Sequence record: NC_070963.1 | Length of the DNA: 64,000 nt | Direction: 5' to 3' (one strand) | Shown here: positions 1 to 10,536 of the stretch, in pieces | How the letters are laid out: each line of letters starts with the position of its first letter | Position numbering within the stretch: position 1 is the stretch's first letter | The notes under the pieces: model-generated | Told to the model about the DNA's origin: nothing | The model's input: the letters and a program-made list of their open reading frames with translations, nothing else | Databases searched by the model: none | Position numbers and translations under genes: made by a program

Positions 1-1
1 T

Positions 2-280
2 CTTTATTCATTAATTGAAAAGGGGCAAGAAGCAATTAATGGGATAATGGAACTTGCTGGAGAAGGTGGAAGTCCAAGAGCATATGAAGTTGCTGGACAA
101 CTTATCAAAAGTGTTGGAGATGTAACAGATAAACTTATAGATTTACAGAAAAAACTTAAAGAAGTTGAAGATGAATCTGTTAAAACAACTAATAATGTCA
201 CAAATAATGCAGTTTTTGTTGGATCAACTTCAGAACTTTCAAAATTACTCAAGCAAGGTTTTCTAAATAATAAAGAGTAA
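2..280 (+). CDS. gp16: Terminase small subunit (T4 gp16-like), 5'-truncated by window edge
   Basis: Open frame from base 2 (LYSLIEKGQEAINGIMELAGEGGSPRAYEVAGQLIK...NNAVFVGSTSEL); PRAYEV and FVGST motifs typical of T4-like gp16; upstream of gp17. Confidence 0.85.
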   Translation, partial: LYSLIEKGQEAINGIMELAGEGGSPRAYEVAGQLIKSVGDVTDKLIDLQKKLKEVEDESVKTTNNVTNNAVFVGSTSELSKLLKQGFLNNKE

Positions 281-293
281 TTTTAGTATCTCA

Positions 294-2123
294 ATGGGTT
301 GGTCAGAAAAATATAAAAAATCTATTGACTGTAACAATCCAAAAGGATTTTCTCAAAGAGCTCATTGTCAAGGACGAAACAAAAAATTGAAAGAACAATT
401 TAAACCATTTAAAACAGTTGAGGAAATTGCTAAGAAGCATCGTATGGATGTTTCATTTATTCAAAAGCAATTGGACATGGGCGAACCAATCGAACATGAG
501 CATACTAAAAATCATGAACTAGCAAAAGAAATTGCTCTTCAACATTTAGATGAAATTCCAGATTACTATACTCGTTTGAAAAAAATGGAGGCATCTGCAA
601 AAAAAGAACATAAAAAGTTCAAAGATGTAAAAATTAATGAAGAAGGTCTTCGTGCTTGGTTTGGAAAGTCTAAGTCTAAAGAAGGAAAACCTGGTTGGGT
701 AAATGTTGTTACAGGTGGAACTTGTGCTAGTGATGAACCTGGAGAAGGAACTCCAAAATGCGTATCTTCAGCAAAAAGAGCAAGCATGACTAAAGCAGAA
801 AGATTATCTGCAGCAAGAAGAAAAAAAGCAGCAGATCCTGGTCAACAAGAAAAGTCAGGTGCTGCAAAACCAACTTATGTTACAACAGATCCAAAGAAAA
901 AAATGAAAGAAGAACTGGATTTACAAGAAGTCACAGATAAACCTGGAAAAGGTAGTGGTAAAAAAGACGCTTGCTATCATAAAGTAAAATCAAGATATGA
1001 TGTTTGGCCAAGTGCATATGCTTCTGGAGCACTTGTTAAGTGTCGTAAAGTAGGTGCTGCAAATTGGGGAACTAAGTCTGAAGCAATGGAAATGGTTAGA
1101 TATTGTCCAAAGTGCCAAAAAGATGAAACTAGAAATGAATGCAAATATGGCGTAAAATATTGGGATATGTTCTCTAGACCTTCTGCTTTGACCACAAATC
1201 AATTGAAATATAATATTGCGACTGTCCATCCAGGAAACTTTCCAGAATCATATGATCATGAGTATTCGATGGCACGTTCTGAACTTTCAACCATTATTGC
1301 TGCAGCAAAAAGACTTCGTAAAAAAATGAAAGGTGAAGGTAATATTGAAGCATGGGTGCAATCAAAAATTACCAAAGCAGCAGATTATATTGATGCAGCT
1401 GCTGATTATATCGATAGTGGTGAAATGTCTGAACAGGTTGCAAATACTGATACAATGTCAGATAAAAAACCATTTGACATTGCAGTTAAAAAAATTATGG
1501 ATAGAAAAGGTAAACTGACTCCTTCTCAAAGAATTATTGCTCTTAAACAAGCAGGAAAACTTCAAGGTGTCGATGAAAGTGCTGCTGCATTACTTCGTGC
1601 TGGTCTTGCTGCAGGAACTGCTCTTGCTGGTATGAGTGTTGTTAAACAAGCAAAAGAAGTTGGCAAAAAAATAGAAGCAAGAAATCAACAAACTCAAAAA
1701 GCAATTGATAGTCTTAGAAACTCTTATGACTTAGAGGGTGAAGTAATTGATGAAAAGTGTTGGGATGGATATAAGAAAAAAGGAATGAAGACAATGTTTG
1801 GAAAGAGATATCCAAATTGCGTAAAAGCAGAAGGATTCTCTAACTGGAGAGAAGAAATGGGTTTAAGTGAGGATTGGCAATCAGTAAATCGTAAAGATAA
1901 AACTGATGGATTAAGTCAAAAAGCAGTTAATGCCTATCGTCGTGAGAATCCAGGTTCAAAACTTCAAACTGCAGTAACTGAAAAAAAACCAACTGGTAAA
2001 AGAGCAAAGCGTCGTGCTTCATTCTGTCGTAGATCTGCTGGACAAAGAGATATGCATAATATAGATTGTTCTAAAACGCCAGATAAACCAATTTGTAAGG
2101 CAAGAAAGAGGTGGAATTGTTAA
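294..2123 (+). CDS. Modular hypothetical protein (609 aa) made of small Cys/basic modules, including a DUF5661-like segment
   Basis: ORF track; distinct modules such as IEHEHT...IALQHLDEIPDYYTRL, DACYHKVKSRYDVWPSAYASGALVKCRK, KCWDGYKKKG...YPNCVK. Confidence 0.7.
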   Translation: MGWSEKYKKSIDCNNPKGFSQRAHCQGRNKKLKEQFKPFKTVEEIAKKHRMDVSFIQKQLDMGEPIEHEHTKNHELAKEIALQHLDEIPDYYTRLKKMEASAKKEHKKFKDVKINEEGLRAWFGKSKSKEGKPGWVNVVTGGTCASDEPGEGTPKCVSSAKRASMTKAERLSAARRKKAADPGQQEKSGAAKPTYVTTDPKKKMKEELDLQEVTDKPGKGSGKKDACYHKVKSRYDVWPSAYASGALVKCRKVGAANWGTKSEAMEMVRYCPKCQKDETRNECKYGVKYWDMFSRPSALTTNQLKYNIATVHPGNFPESYDHEYSMARSELSTIIAAAKRLRKKMKGEGNIEAWVQSKITKAADYIDAAADYIDSGEMSEQVANTDTMSDKKPFDIAVKKIMDRKGKLTPSQRIIALKQAGKLQGVDESAAALLRAGLAAGTALAGMSVVKQAKEVGKKIEARNQQTQKAIDSLRNSYDLEGEVIDEKCWDGYKKKGMKTMFGKRYPNCVKAEGFSNWREEMGLSEDWQSVNRKDKTDGLSQKAVNAYRRENPGSKLQTAVTEKKPTGKRAKRRASFCRRSAGQRDMHNIDCSKTPDKPICKARKRWNC

Positions 2124-2147
2124 TTCATACCTTTTTCATTACATAAA

Positions 2148-2155
2148 TATAAATA
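2148..2155 (+). promoter_or_regulatory. T4-type late promoter TATAAATA
   Basis: Exact consensus 16 nt upstream of the EndoVII-family ORF. Confidence 0.7.
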
Positions 2156-2171
2156 GAGTAATGAAAAAGGT

Positions 2172-2582
2172 ATGAATACTAAAATTTGTACAAAATGTAA
2201 AGAAGAAAAACCAAGAGATAATATAAGTTTTCCCCCACATAATAAGTGTAAAGATGGTTTAGATAGTTGGTGTAGAAAATGTAGAGCAAATTATAGATCA
2301 GAAATATGTAGAGGAAAATTTAGAGGGCAACTTACAGATGATGAAGTTAGGAAATTAAAAAAACAAGAAAAATGTGATATATGTGGAGGTAATGAAATTG
2401 CAGGATCTAGAAATAATATACATGTCGGAAAACTATACGCACTAGTAATGGATCATAATCATAATAGTGGAAAGTTTCGTGGAATGTTATGCCACCATTG
2501 CAATAGAGGTTTGGGAAATTTTAAGGATAATATAAATACTTTACATGCAGCAATAGAGTATTTAAGAGAAAGAGATAAGTAA
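2172..2582 (+). CDS. Endonuclease VII-family (His-Me) putative homing endonuclease
   Basis: CxxC motifs, DHNHNSGKFRGMLCHHCNRGLGNFKDN core. Confidence 0.85.
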   Translation: MNTKICTKCKEEKPRDNISFPPHNKCKDGLDSWCRKCRANYRSEICRGKFRGQLTDDEVRKLKKQEKCDICGGNEIAGSRNNIHVGKLYALVMDHNHNSGKFRGMLCHHCNRGLGNFKDNINTLHAAIEYLRERDK

Positions 2583-2890
2583 TGAAATCTTTCAAACAGT
2601 TTATTTCAGAGAGTGTAAATATAGCAGGAGATTTCAATGGAAATCTTTATATGAACAGTTCTCAACCAGAACAAGCAACCGAATCTTTTCTTGCTGATAT
2701 AGTTTGGCAGGGTAAGTTATATCGTATGGAAGTGGAAGGTAAAATGCTCGATAAAAATGCGTTAACAGAACAACTTCAAGATGAGTATCCTGGAGCAATT
2801 GTTCATAACATTTATCCAGCAACATCAAATCCTTTAAAGATTAAAAACGCACAGAGATATAGACCTGAAAGTTTAACTTGGAGTGATTAA
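2582..2890 (+). CDS. Hypothetical protein with CTS-like N-terminus (MKSFKQFISE)
   Basis: ORF track; start overlaps upstream stop codon. Confidence 0.7.
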   Translation: MKSFKQFISESVNIAGDFNGNLYMNSSQPEQATESFLADIVWQGKLYRMEVEGKMLDKNALTEQLQDEYPGAIVHNIYPATSNPLKIKNAQRYRPESLTWSD

Positions 2891-2893
2891 TTA

Positions 2894-4213
2894 ATGGCAC
2901 AGTGGAATAAGAATGAACAAGATTATTTAAATCAGGAAAGAACACTTTTTGAAGTTAATGGTGTTGCGACAAGAGATGGACATATTGTAGACGAATATAA
3001 TCCATTTCCAGTAACTATAAACACAGATGCTTTTGGAAGAACAAGAGTATCAAACCCACTTACACTTTTTGATTCATCTCACAGATATAGGGATAATAAT
3101 CTATGGGAATCCTTAGTTGTGGGAACTGGTTCTACGGTTGGATTTGTAACAGCACAGGGTTTAGTTTCTCTTGGAATTGGAACCACTGCCGGTTGTTCTA
3201 TCACAAGAGAAACCACAAAGGTATTTTCATATCAACCAGGAAAATCTTTATTAATTTTGAATACTTTTGTGATGAATGCACCAAAAGAAAATCTTCGCCA
3301 AAGAGCAGGATATTTTGGTGCTGATAATGGAATTTATTTTGAAGTTGCAGGAATTGGATCTACTTCTGTAAGTTTTGTAGAAAGAAGTTTGTCAACTGGA
3401 ACAGAAACAAAAGTTCCACAATCTCAATGGAACGGAGATAAATTAGATGGAACAGGGCATTCTGGATTAACTTTAGATACATCCAAAGCACAAATTTTGT
3501 GGACAGATGTTGAATGGTTAGGATTAGGAACTGTACGAGTTGGATTTGTAATCAATGGAAAATTCATCCATTGTCATTCTTTCCATCACGCAAATATAAT
3601 TGAATCTACTTACATGACAACTGCTTCTTTGCCGTTGAGATTGGAAATTTCAAATACTGGAATTACTACAAGTTCAAGTATATTCAAACAAGTTTGTTCA
3701 ACTGTTATTTCAGAAGGTGGATATGAACTTCGTGGATTGCAACAAGCAGTACAAACTCCTATTACTACTCCAGTAGATTTGCCAGTTGCGGGAACATATT
3801 ATCCAATAATCTCTCTTCGTCTTAAAACTTCTCCCAATAGATTAGATGCAATCGCTATTTTGACTGCATTATCAATAATGGGTTCTGGAAATGGTCCAAA
3901 ATATAACTGGCAAATGAGAGCATCCGCAACTACAAGTGGTGGAACTTGGGTTGATGCTGGTACTGATAGTGCTGTGGAATACAAACTTGATGGTGGAACT
4001 GTAACTGGTGGAAGAATATTAGCATCTGGATTTTTAACATCAGCAAACCAAACGACACCAACAGTTGATATTCTTAAAGAAGCACTATTTAAATTCCAAT
4101 TAGAGAGAAATTCATTTACTGGAACACCTTATGAACTAACACTTGTTTGTGCCAGTGATACTGCTGGTGCTGATGTGTTTGCTTCAATGGACTGGGAAGA
4201 AATTAGTAGATAA
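2894..4213 (+). CDS. Probable virion structural protein (beta-rich, G/S/T-rich, 439 aa)
   Basis: Long ORF in late operon; composition typical of beta-sandwich structural proteins. Confidence 0.55.
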   Translation: MAQWNKNEQDYLNQERTLFEVNGVATRDGHIVDEYNPFPVTINTDAFGRTRVSNPLTLFDSSHRYRDNNLWESLVVGTGSTVGFVTAQGLVSLGIGTTAGCSITRETTKVFSYQPGKSLLILNTFVMNAPKENLRQRAGYFGADNGIYFEVAGIGSTSVSFVERSLSTGTETKVPQSQWNGDKLDGTGHSGLTLDTSKAQILWTDVEWLGLGTVRVGFVINGKFIHCHSFHHANIIESTYMTTASLPLRLEISNTGITTSSSIFKQVCSTVISEGGYELRGLQQAVQTPITTPVDLPVAGTYYPIISLRLKTSPNRLDAIAILTALSIMGSGNGPKYNWQMRASATTSGGTWVDAGTDSAVEYKLDGGTVTGGRILASGFLTSANQTTPTVDILKEALFKFQLERNSFTGTPYELTLVCASDTAGADVFASMDWEEISR

Positions 4214-4215
4214 TT

Positions 4216-5937
4216 ATGACAATTCAAGATATTCAACTCAATCAAAAAGACGCTTATCTTTCTAATCCAAATCTAAAGAGAGCAAATACAACAATTCAAT
4301 GGACTGAAGATCAGATTGTCGAGTTTTTGAAGTGTAAGGAAGACCCTGTATACTTTGCTAGAAATTATATCAAAATTGTTTCTCTGGATCACGGATTGGT
4401 GCCATTTAAGATGTATCCGTTTCAGGAAAAACTTGTAACTAATTTTCATAAGAATCGATTCAATATTTGTAAGATGCCCCGCCAGACGGGTAAATCTACT
4501 ACTTGCGTATCTTATCTTTTACATTATGCACTTTTCAATGATAATGTAAATATTGCTATTCTTGCTAACAAAGCATCTACCGCAAGAGATCTTCTCCAAA
4601 GATTACAACTTGCTTATGAGAATCTTCCTAAATGGATGCAGCAAGGTGTTCTTCAATGGAACAGGGGAAGTTTAGAATTAGAGAATGGATCCAAAATTAT
4701 GGCAGCATCCACATCAGCATCTGCTGTTCGTGGTGGATCTTATAATATTATTTTCTTGGACGAATTTGCGTTTATTCCAAATCATATTGCTGATGACTTT
4801 TTTGCTTCAGTATATCCTACTATCTCTTCCGGACAAAGCACAAAAGTTATCATAGTTTCAACGCCACGAGGTATGAATCACTTCTACCGTATGTGGCACG
4901 ACGCAGAGCGTGGTAAAAATGAATATGTGCCTACTGATGTTCATTGGTCTGAAGTTCCCGGTAGAGACGAAAACTGGAAGGCACAGACAATTGCTAATAC
5001 ATCGGAGCAACAGTTTAAAGTTGAGTTTGAATGTGAGTTTTTAGGATCTGTCAATACCTTGATTAATCCAGCAAAACTTCGAAATCTTGTTTATGAAGAT
5101 CCAATTAAAAGAAATGCTGGACTTGACATTTACGAAAACCCTAAAGAAGAACACAACTACTTAATAACAGTTGACGTTGCTCGTGGTATTGGAAATGATT
5201 ATTCAGCATTTATTGTTTTCGATATCACCAACTTTCCATATAAAGTTGTTGCAAAATATAGAAATAATGAAATCAAACCAATGTTATTTCCCAGCATTAT
5301 TCACGAAGTAGCAAAAGGATATAATGATGCTTGGTTATTGGTTGAAGTTAATGATATTGGAGATCAAGTTGCGAATATTTTACATTTCGATCTCGAATAT
5401 GATAATGTTTTAATGTGTGCTATGAGAGGAAGAGCAGGGCAGATTGTAGGATCGGGATTTAGTGGTAAAAAGTCTCAACTGGGAGTTAGAATGACTGCTG
5501 CCGTTAAAAAGTTGGGATGTTCCAATTTAAAGACACTGCTAGAAGATGATAAATTATTAACTGTTGACTATGACATTATATCAGAATTAACAACATTTGC
5601 ACAGCGTCATAATTCATTTGAGGCGGAAGAAGGATGTAATGACGACTTAGCAATGTGTCTAGTTATTTTCTCTTGGTTAGTTGCTCAAGATTATTTTAAA
5701 GAAATGACGGACAATGATGTTCGTAAAAGAATCTATGAAGAACAAAAAAACCAAATTGAACAAGATATGTCACCATTTGGTTTTATTTCTGATGGATTAG
5801 ATGATTTTAATGTTACTATTGATGAAGAAACTGGAGATCGATGGATATCTGCCGGATTAAAAAATGAAAATAATGCGTTAGAAGTATGGAATGTAGATGA
5901 GTATGGTGATAGATCTTACATGTGGGAATATCGTTAG
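4216..5937 (+). CDS. gp17: Terminase large subunit
   Basis: Walker A PRQTGKST, Walker B IIFLDEFAF, RNase H-like VDVARG and DDLAM nuclease motifs. Confidence 0.97.
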   Translation: MTIQDIQLNQKDAYLSNPNLKRANTTIQWTEDQIVEFLKCKEDPVYFARNYIKIVSLDHGLVPFKMYPFQEKLVTNFHKNRFNICKMPRQTGKSTTCVSYLLHYALFNDNVNIAILANKASTARDLLQRLQLAYENLPKWMQQGVLQWNRGSLELENGSKIMAASTSASAVRGGSYNIIFLDEFAFIPNHIADDFFASVYPTISSGQSTKVIIVSTPRGMNHFYRMWHDAERGKNEYVPTDVHWSEVPGRDENWKAQTIANTSEQQFKVEFECEFLGSVNTLINPAKLRNLVYEDPIKRNAGLDIYENPKEEHNYLITVDVARGIGNDYSAFIVFDITNFPYKVVAKYRNNEIKPMLFPSIIHEVAKGYNDAWLLVEVNDIGDQVANILHFDLEYDNVLMCAMRGRAGQIVGSGFSGKKSQLGVRMTAAVKKLGCSNLKTLLEDDKLLTVDYDIISELTTFAQRHNSFEAEEGCNDDLAMCLVIFSWLVAQDYFKEMTDNDVRKRIYEEQKNQIEQDMSPFGFISDGLDDFNVTIDEETGDRWISAGLKNENNALEVWNVDEYGDRSYMWEYR

Positions 5938-5954
5938 ATTAAGAAGTACGAAAT

Positions 5955-5962
5955 TATAAATA
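5955..5962 (+). promoter_or_regulatory. T4-type late promoter TATAAATA
   Basis: Exact consensus upstream of gp18. Confidence 0.85.
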
Positions 5963-5999
5963 CTTCTAGAATATTCTGTAATTGTAGAGGAGAATAAAG

Positions 6000-8177
6000 A
6001 TGCCGCTTAATTTAGCATCTCCTGGAATTGTAGTAAGAGAGGTTGATTTAACACTTGGAAGAGTTGCACCATCATCTGACAAAATTGGTGCAATTGTTGC
6101 ACCTTTTTCGAAAGGGCCTGTAGATTCACCAACTTTAGTTGAAAATGAGAACGATTTATTAGTAAATTTTGGAGAACCATACTCAACAGACAAACATTAT
6201 GAGCATTGGTTATCAGCTTCTTCATACTTAGCATATGGTGGAGCACTTAGAGTTGTAAGAGCAAATGATAATGATTTAAGAAATGGATTTGTAGGAACTG
6301 CATCAAGTGTAAAAATTGACAGTTTAGATCATTATAATGCTTTAGGATATGATGAAAATACTCTTTCTGGAGTAGTTGTTGCTGCAAGAAATCCAGGATC
6401 TTGGTCTAATGGACTTAAGGTTGCTATTATTGACTCAAAAGCAGATCAAATTTTAGTAGGTGTTAACACATCGGTAGCATCGGGAATTACAAATATTGCA
6501 GTCGGATATGGTGTCACCCAATCAATAGCAGGTAGAATTAATCCTGGTGCAGGAACAACTTCAGTTCTTGATGGATACTTAAAAGGAATTATTACAGAAA
6601 TTTCTGGAAGTAGTGTATATGTTAAAGTTCTTTCTTATGTGTCTGCAGCAGGAACTGAAACTCAAGTAGATTATCAACCTTCAGGTGTTTATGCTTTCTC
6701 TTCAAGTGGAAGCGTAGCAATCCATACAAGTGGACAAACAGTTTCCACAGGATCAACTTCATATACTGGAAGACTTGATTGGTTTGATCAGCAAACTTTA
6801 GGTATTACCAGCACTTCAACTATTTCTTGGAACAATATTGCACCAAGACCAGGAACTTCTGCATATGCTGCAGCAAGAGACTCAAGATTTGATGAAGTGC
6901 ATGTAGTTGTAATTGATGCTCTTGGAACAGTAACTGGAAATGCTGGTACAATTCTTGAGAAGCATTTAAGTCTGTCTAAAGCAACTGATGCTGAGTTTTC
7001 TGTAGGAAATCCAGCATACTGGAGAAAGTACATTGTAAATAATTCAGAGTATATCTTTGGACTTGGTGCTCCAACAGGAATTGTTACTACAGGATATAGT
7101 AGTGGGTTTAGTTTAGAATCTGATGTCGCTTGGGATCAAACAGCAGAAGGTATTACTTTTGCTGCTGCAGGAGCATCTACAAACACTTTGGTAGGTGGTA
7201 AAGATTACAGTGGAGCACAAGATCTTAATTCTGCAGGTTCTTTAACAGCAACTCTCGGTGAGTTATCTGATGGATATGATTTATTTGAAAACACTGAAAA
7301 CTTTAATGTAGATTTCCTTTTAATGGGATCTGCTGCTTATGATATTTCAACTGCTCAGGCACTTGCAAATAAACTCATTTCTGTAGCAGAATTAAGAAAA
7401 GATGCAATCGCCTTTATTTCCCCATACAGAGGTGCTGCTTTATCAGACACTTCAGTACAAACTGCAGTAACAGTAAGATCTGCTGCTGACATTACTGATA
7501 ATGTAGTTCAATTTTATGCTTCGGTTTCATCATCTTCTTATGCAATATTTGATAGTGGATACAAATACATGTATGATAGATTTTCAAATACATTTAGATA
7601 TGTTCCATTAAATGGTGATATTGCAGGTTTATGTGCTCGTAATGATATTAATAACTTCCCTTGGTACTCACCAGCAGGGACATCAAGAGGTGCGATTCTG
7701 AATGCAGTTAAACTTGCATACAATCCAACAAAAACTCAAAGAGATACACTTTATTCAAATAGAGTTAATCCAGTAATTTTCTCACCTGGTGCGGGAATTA
7801 TTCTGTTTGGTGATAAAACGGGACTTGCTAAAGCATCAGCATTTGACAGAATTAACGTTCGTCGCCTGTTTGTTTATCTTGAGAATGCGATTTCTCAAGC
7901 GGCAAAAGATGCTCTCTTTGAGTTTAATGATGAAATTACCAGAACAAACTTTGTAAATACAATTGAACCATTCTTACGTGATGTTCAAGCAAAGAGAGGT
8001 ATCTTTGATTATGTTGTTATTTGTGATGAAACAAATAACACTGCTGCGGTAATCGACAACAATGAATTTGTTGCCGACATCTATATCAAACCAGCAAGAT
8101 CAATTAACTTCATTGGTCTTAACTTTATTGCCACCAAAACTGGTGTTGACTTTGAAGAAGTAATCGGAAACTTTTAA
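6000..8177 (+). CDS. gp18: Tail sheath protein
   Basis: LASPGIVVREVDLT N-terminus; WYSPAGTSRG, FDRINVRRLF, FEFNDEITR sheath motifs. Confidence 0.96.
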   Translation: MPLNLASPGIVVREVDLTLGRVAPSSDKIGAIVAPFSKGPVDSPTLVENENDLLVNFGEPYSTDKHYEHWLSASSYLAYGGALRVVRANDNDLRNGFVGTASSVKIDSLDHYNALGYDENTLSGVVVAARNPGSWSNGLKVAIIDSKADQILVGVNTSVASGITNIAVGYGVTQSIAGRINPGAGTTSVLDGYLKGIITEISGSSVYVKVLSYVSAAGTETQVDYQPSGVYAFSSSGSVAIHTSGQTVSTGSTSYTGRLDWFDQQTLGITSTSTISWNNIAPRPGTSAYAAARDSRFDEVHVVVIDALGTVTGNAGTILEKHLSLSKATDAEFSVGNPAYWRKYIVNNSEYIFGLGAPTGIVTTGYSSGFSLESDVAWDQTAEGITFAAAGASTNTLVGGKDYSGAQDLNSAGSLTATLGELSDGYDLFENTENFNVDFLLMGSAAYDISTAQALANKLISVAELRKDAIAFISPYRGAALSDTSVQTAVTVRSAADITDNVVQFYASVSSSSYAIFDSGYKYMYDRFSNTFRYVPLNGDIAGLCARNDINNFPWYSPAGTSRGAILNAVKLAYNPTKTQRDTLYSNRVNPVIFSPGAGIILFGDKTGLAKASAFDRINVRRLFVYLENAISQAAKDALFEFNDEITRTNFVNTIEPFLRDVQAKRGIFDYVVICDETNNTAAVIDNNEFVADIYIKPARSINFIGLNFIATKTGVDFEEVIGNF

Positions 8178-8196
8178 TTTAGAGGTTTAAACTACT

Positions 8197-8787
8197 ATGG
8201 CAACTAGACAACAATTAAATCCACCTCCACTAAGAAAGATTACTGACTTCAAAAGTAAGTTAACCGGTGGTGGTGCAAGAAGTAACCTTTTTGAAGTCGT
8301 TCTTTCATTCCCAGATATTGCCCCAGCAGATACTAATGTTCTTGATAAAGCAAGATTTTTAGTTAAAGGTGCAAATTTACCAGCATCAAACGTTGCACCT
8401 ATTGATGTTCCATTTAGAGGAAGAACTTTAAAAGTTGCTGGAGACAGAACTTTTGAAAGTTGGACTGTAACAGTCATTAACGATACTGATTTTGCAATCC
8501 GTTCTGCATTTGAGAACTGGATGAACAGAATTAATAGAGTATCTGATAATACTGGTGTTACAGACCCTACTGCATATACAGCAGATGCTTTTGTATATCA
8601 ACTTGATCGTGATGGATCTACTCTGAGAGCATATCATTTTTATGATATTTTCCCAACCTCAATTGGTTCAATAACTCTTGATTATGGAACTAGCACAATT
8701 CAAGAGTTCCCTGTAGAGTTCCAAATTCTTTGGTGGGAAGCAGTTAAGGGCGATTCTCCTGCTGCTGGTGGTCAGGATATTAACTAA
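8197..8787 (+). CDS. gp19: Tail tube protein
   Basis: GGGARSNLFEV, VPFRGRTLKVAGDRTFESWTVTVINDTDF. Confidence 0.95.
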   Translation: MATRQQLNPPPLRKITDFKSKLTGGGARSNLFEVVLSFPDIAPADTNVLDKARFLVKGANLPASNVAPIDVPFRGRTLKVAGDRTFESWTVTVINDTDFAIRSAFENWMNRINRVSDNTGVTDPTAYTADAFVYQLDRDGSTLRAYHFYDIFPTSIGSITLDYGTSTIQEFPVEFQILWWEAVKGDSPAAGGQDIN

Positions 8788-8817
8788 ATATAGTATATAA
8801 TCAGTTAAATTTATAAA

Positions 8818-10509
8818 ATGGCGAAACTTTTTGGTTTTTCGATTGAGGATACCGAACAAAAATCCAAATCTATAGTCTCCCCCGTTCCTCCTAATAATGA
8901 GGACGGGGTTGATCATTTTATTCAATCTGGGTTCTATGGACAATATGTTGATATTGAGGGCGTTTATAGAACAGAGTATGATTTAATTCGCAGATATCGT
9001 GAAATGGCACTTCATCCAGAGTGTGATGGTGCCATTGAAAACGTAGTCAATGAGGCTATTGTCAGTGATCTTTATGATTCTCCTGTAGAAATCGAATTAT
9101 CAAATTTAAACGCCAGTGATCGTTTAAAAGAAGTTATAAGAGCAGAATTTAAATATATTAAAGAAATTTTAGATTTTGATAAAAAATCTCATGAAATTTT
9201 TAGAAATTGGTATATAGACGGACGTTTGTTTTATCTAAAAGTTATTGATCAAAAAAATCCTGAGGCAGGTATTCAGGAATTAAGATATATTGATCCAATG
9301 AAAATGAAGCATGTTCGTCAAGAAAAAAAGACGGGTAATGATTCAAATGGAACTAGAAATTTAAATTTACTATCAAGATCTTTCGGACAAGATCAAGAAT
9401 ATAATTTTCCAGAGATTGAAGAATATTTCATTTATACACCAACTCCTAATTTCCCAATGGGAACAATTAGTGGTGGATCTAAAAAAGGAGTCAAAATAGC
9501 AAAAGATTCAATTACATATTGTACTTCTGGATTAGTTGATAGAAATAAAGGAACCGTTCTTTCATATCTTCATAAAGCAATTAAGGCACTCAATCAACTT
9601 AGAATGATTGAGGATTCTTTGGTTATCTATCGCTTATCAAGAGCACCAGAACGTCGTATCTTTTATATTGATGTTGGTAATCTTCCAAAAGTAAAAGCAG
9701 AACAATACCTTAAAGAGGTTATGTCTCGTTATAGGAATAAGTTGGTTTATGATGCTAATACTGGAGAAATTCGTGACGATCGTAAGTTTATGAGTATGCT
9801 TGAAGATTTTTGGTTACCAAGAAGAGAAGGTGGTAGAGGAACTGAAATTACAACTCTTCCTGGTGGTCAGAATCTTGGAGAACTTTCTGATATTGAATAT
9901 TTCCAGAAAAAACTTTATAGAGCACTTGGAGTTCCAGAAACAAGAATTGCTGGTGGAGGAGATGGATTTAATCTTGGTAGATCATCAGAAATTCTTCGTG
10001 ATGAATTAATGTTTTCTAAATTTGTAGGAAGATTAAGGAAGCGTTTTGCAAATCTTTTTAATGATATGCTTCGCACTCAACTTCTTTTAAAAAATATTGT
10101 TTCTCTAGAAGATTGGGAGCAAATGAGTGATCATATTCAATATGATTTCTTATATGATAATCATTTTTCAGAATTAAAAGAAGCAGAACTTTTGACAAAT
10201 AGATTAACTCTTGCTACAACAATTGAACCTTACATTGGTAAGTATTACTCTACAGAATATGTTCGTAAAAAGATTTTACGTCAAACTGATTCGGAAATTA
10301 TTGAAATTGATCTTCAAATTGAAGATGAAATTGCAAAAGGTATATTGCCAGATCCAAATGCACCTGTAGATGAAATGGGGAATCCATTGCCACCAGAGGA
10401 AGGAGCAGGTGAAGCAATTGAGCAAGGTGCTGGTGGTGAAATTCCCATAGAACCGACTGTAAACGTTTCAGCAGCAGAAATACAAACCCCTAAAGGTGGC
10501 AAAATATAA
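8818..10509 (+). CDS. gp20: Portal protein
   Basis: YRLSRAPERRIFYIDVGNLPKVKAEQY, EDFWLPRREGGRGTEITTLPGGQNLGE. Confidence 0.97.
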   Translation: MAKLFGFSIEDTEQKSKSIVSPVPPNNEDGVDHFIQSGFYGQYVDIEGVYRTEYDLIRRYREMALHPECDGAIENVVNEAIVSDLYDSPVEIELSNLNASDRLKEVIRAEFKYIKEILDFDKKSHEIFRNWYIDGRLFYLKVIDQKNPEAGIQELRYIDPMKMKHVRQEKKTGNDSNGTRNLNLLSRSFGQDQEYNFPEIEEYFIYTPTPNFPMGTISGGSKKGVKIAKDSITYCTSGLVDRNKGTVLSYLHKAIKALNQLRMIEDSLVIYRLSRAPERRIFYIDVGNLPKVKAEQYLKEVMSRYRNKLVYDANTGEIRDDRKFMSMLEDFWLPRREGGRGTEITTLPGGQNLGELSDIEYFQKKLYRALGVPETRIAGGGDGFNLGRSSEILRDELMFSKFVGRLRKRFANLFNDMLRTQLLLKNIVSLEDWEQMSDHIQYDFLYDNHFSELKEAELLTNRLTLATTIEPYIGKYYSTEYVRKKILRQTDSEIIEIDLQIEDEIAKGILPDPNAPVDEMGNPLPPEEGAGEAIEQGAGGEIPIEPTVNVSAAEIQTPKGGKI

Positions 10510-10512
10510 ATA
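10505..10512 (+). promoter_or_regulatory. T4-type late promoter TATAAATA
   Basis: Exact consensus overlapping the gp20 stop. Confidence 0.75.
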
Positions 10513-10536
10513 GTCCTATAATAATAAAATAAATTT

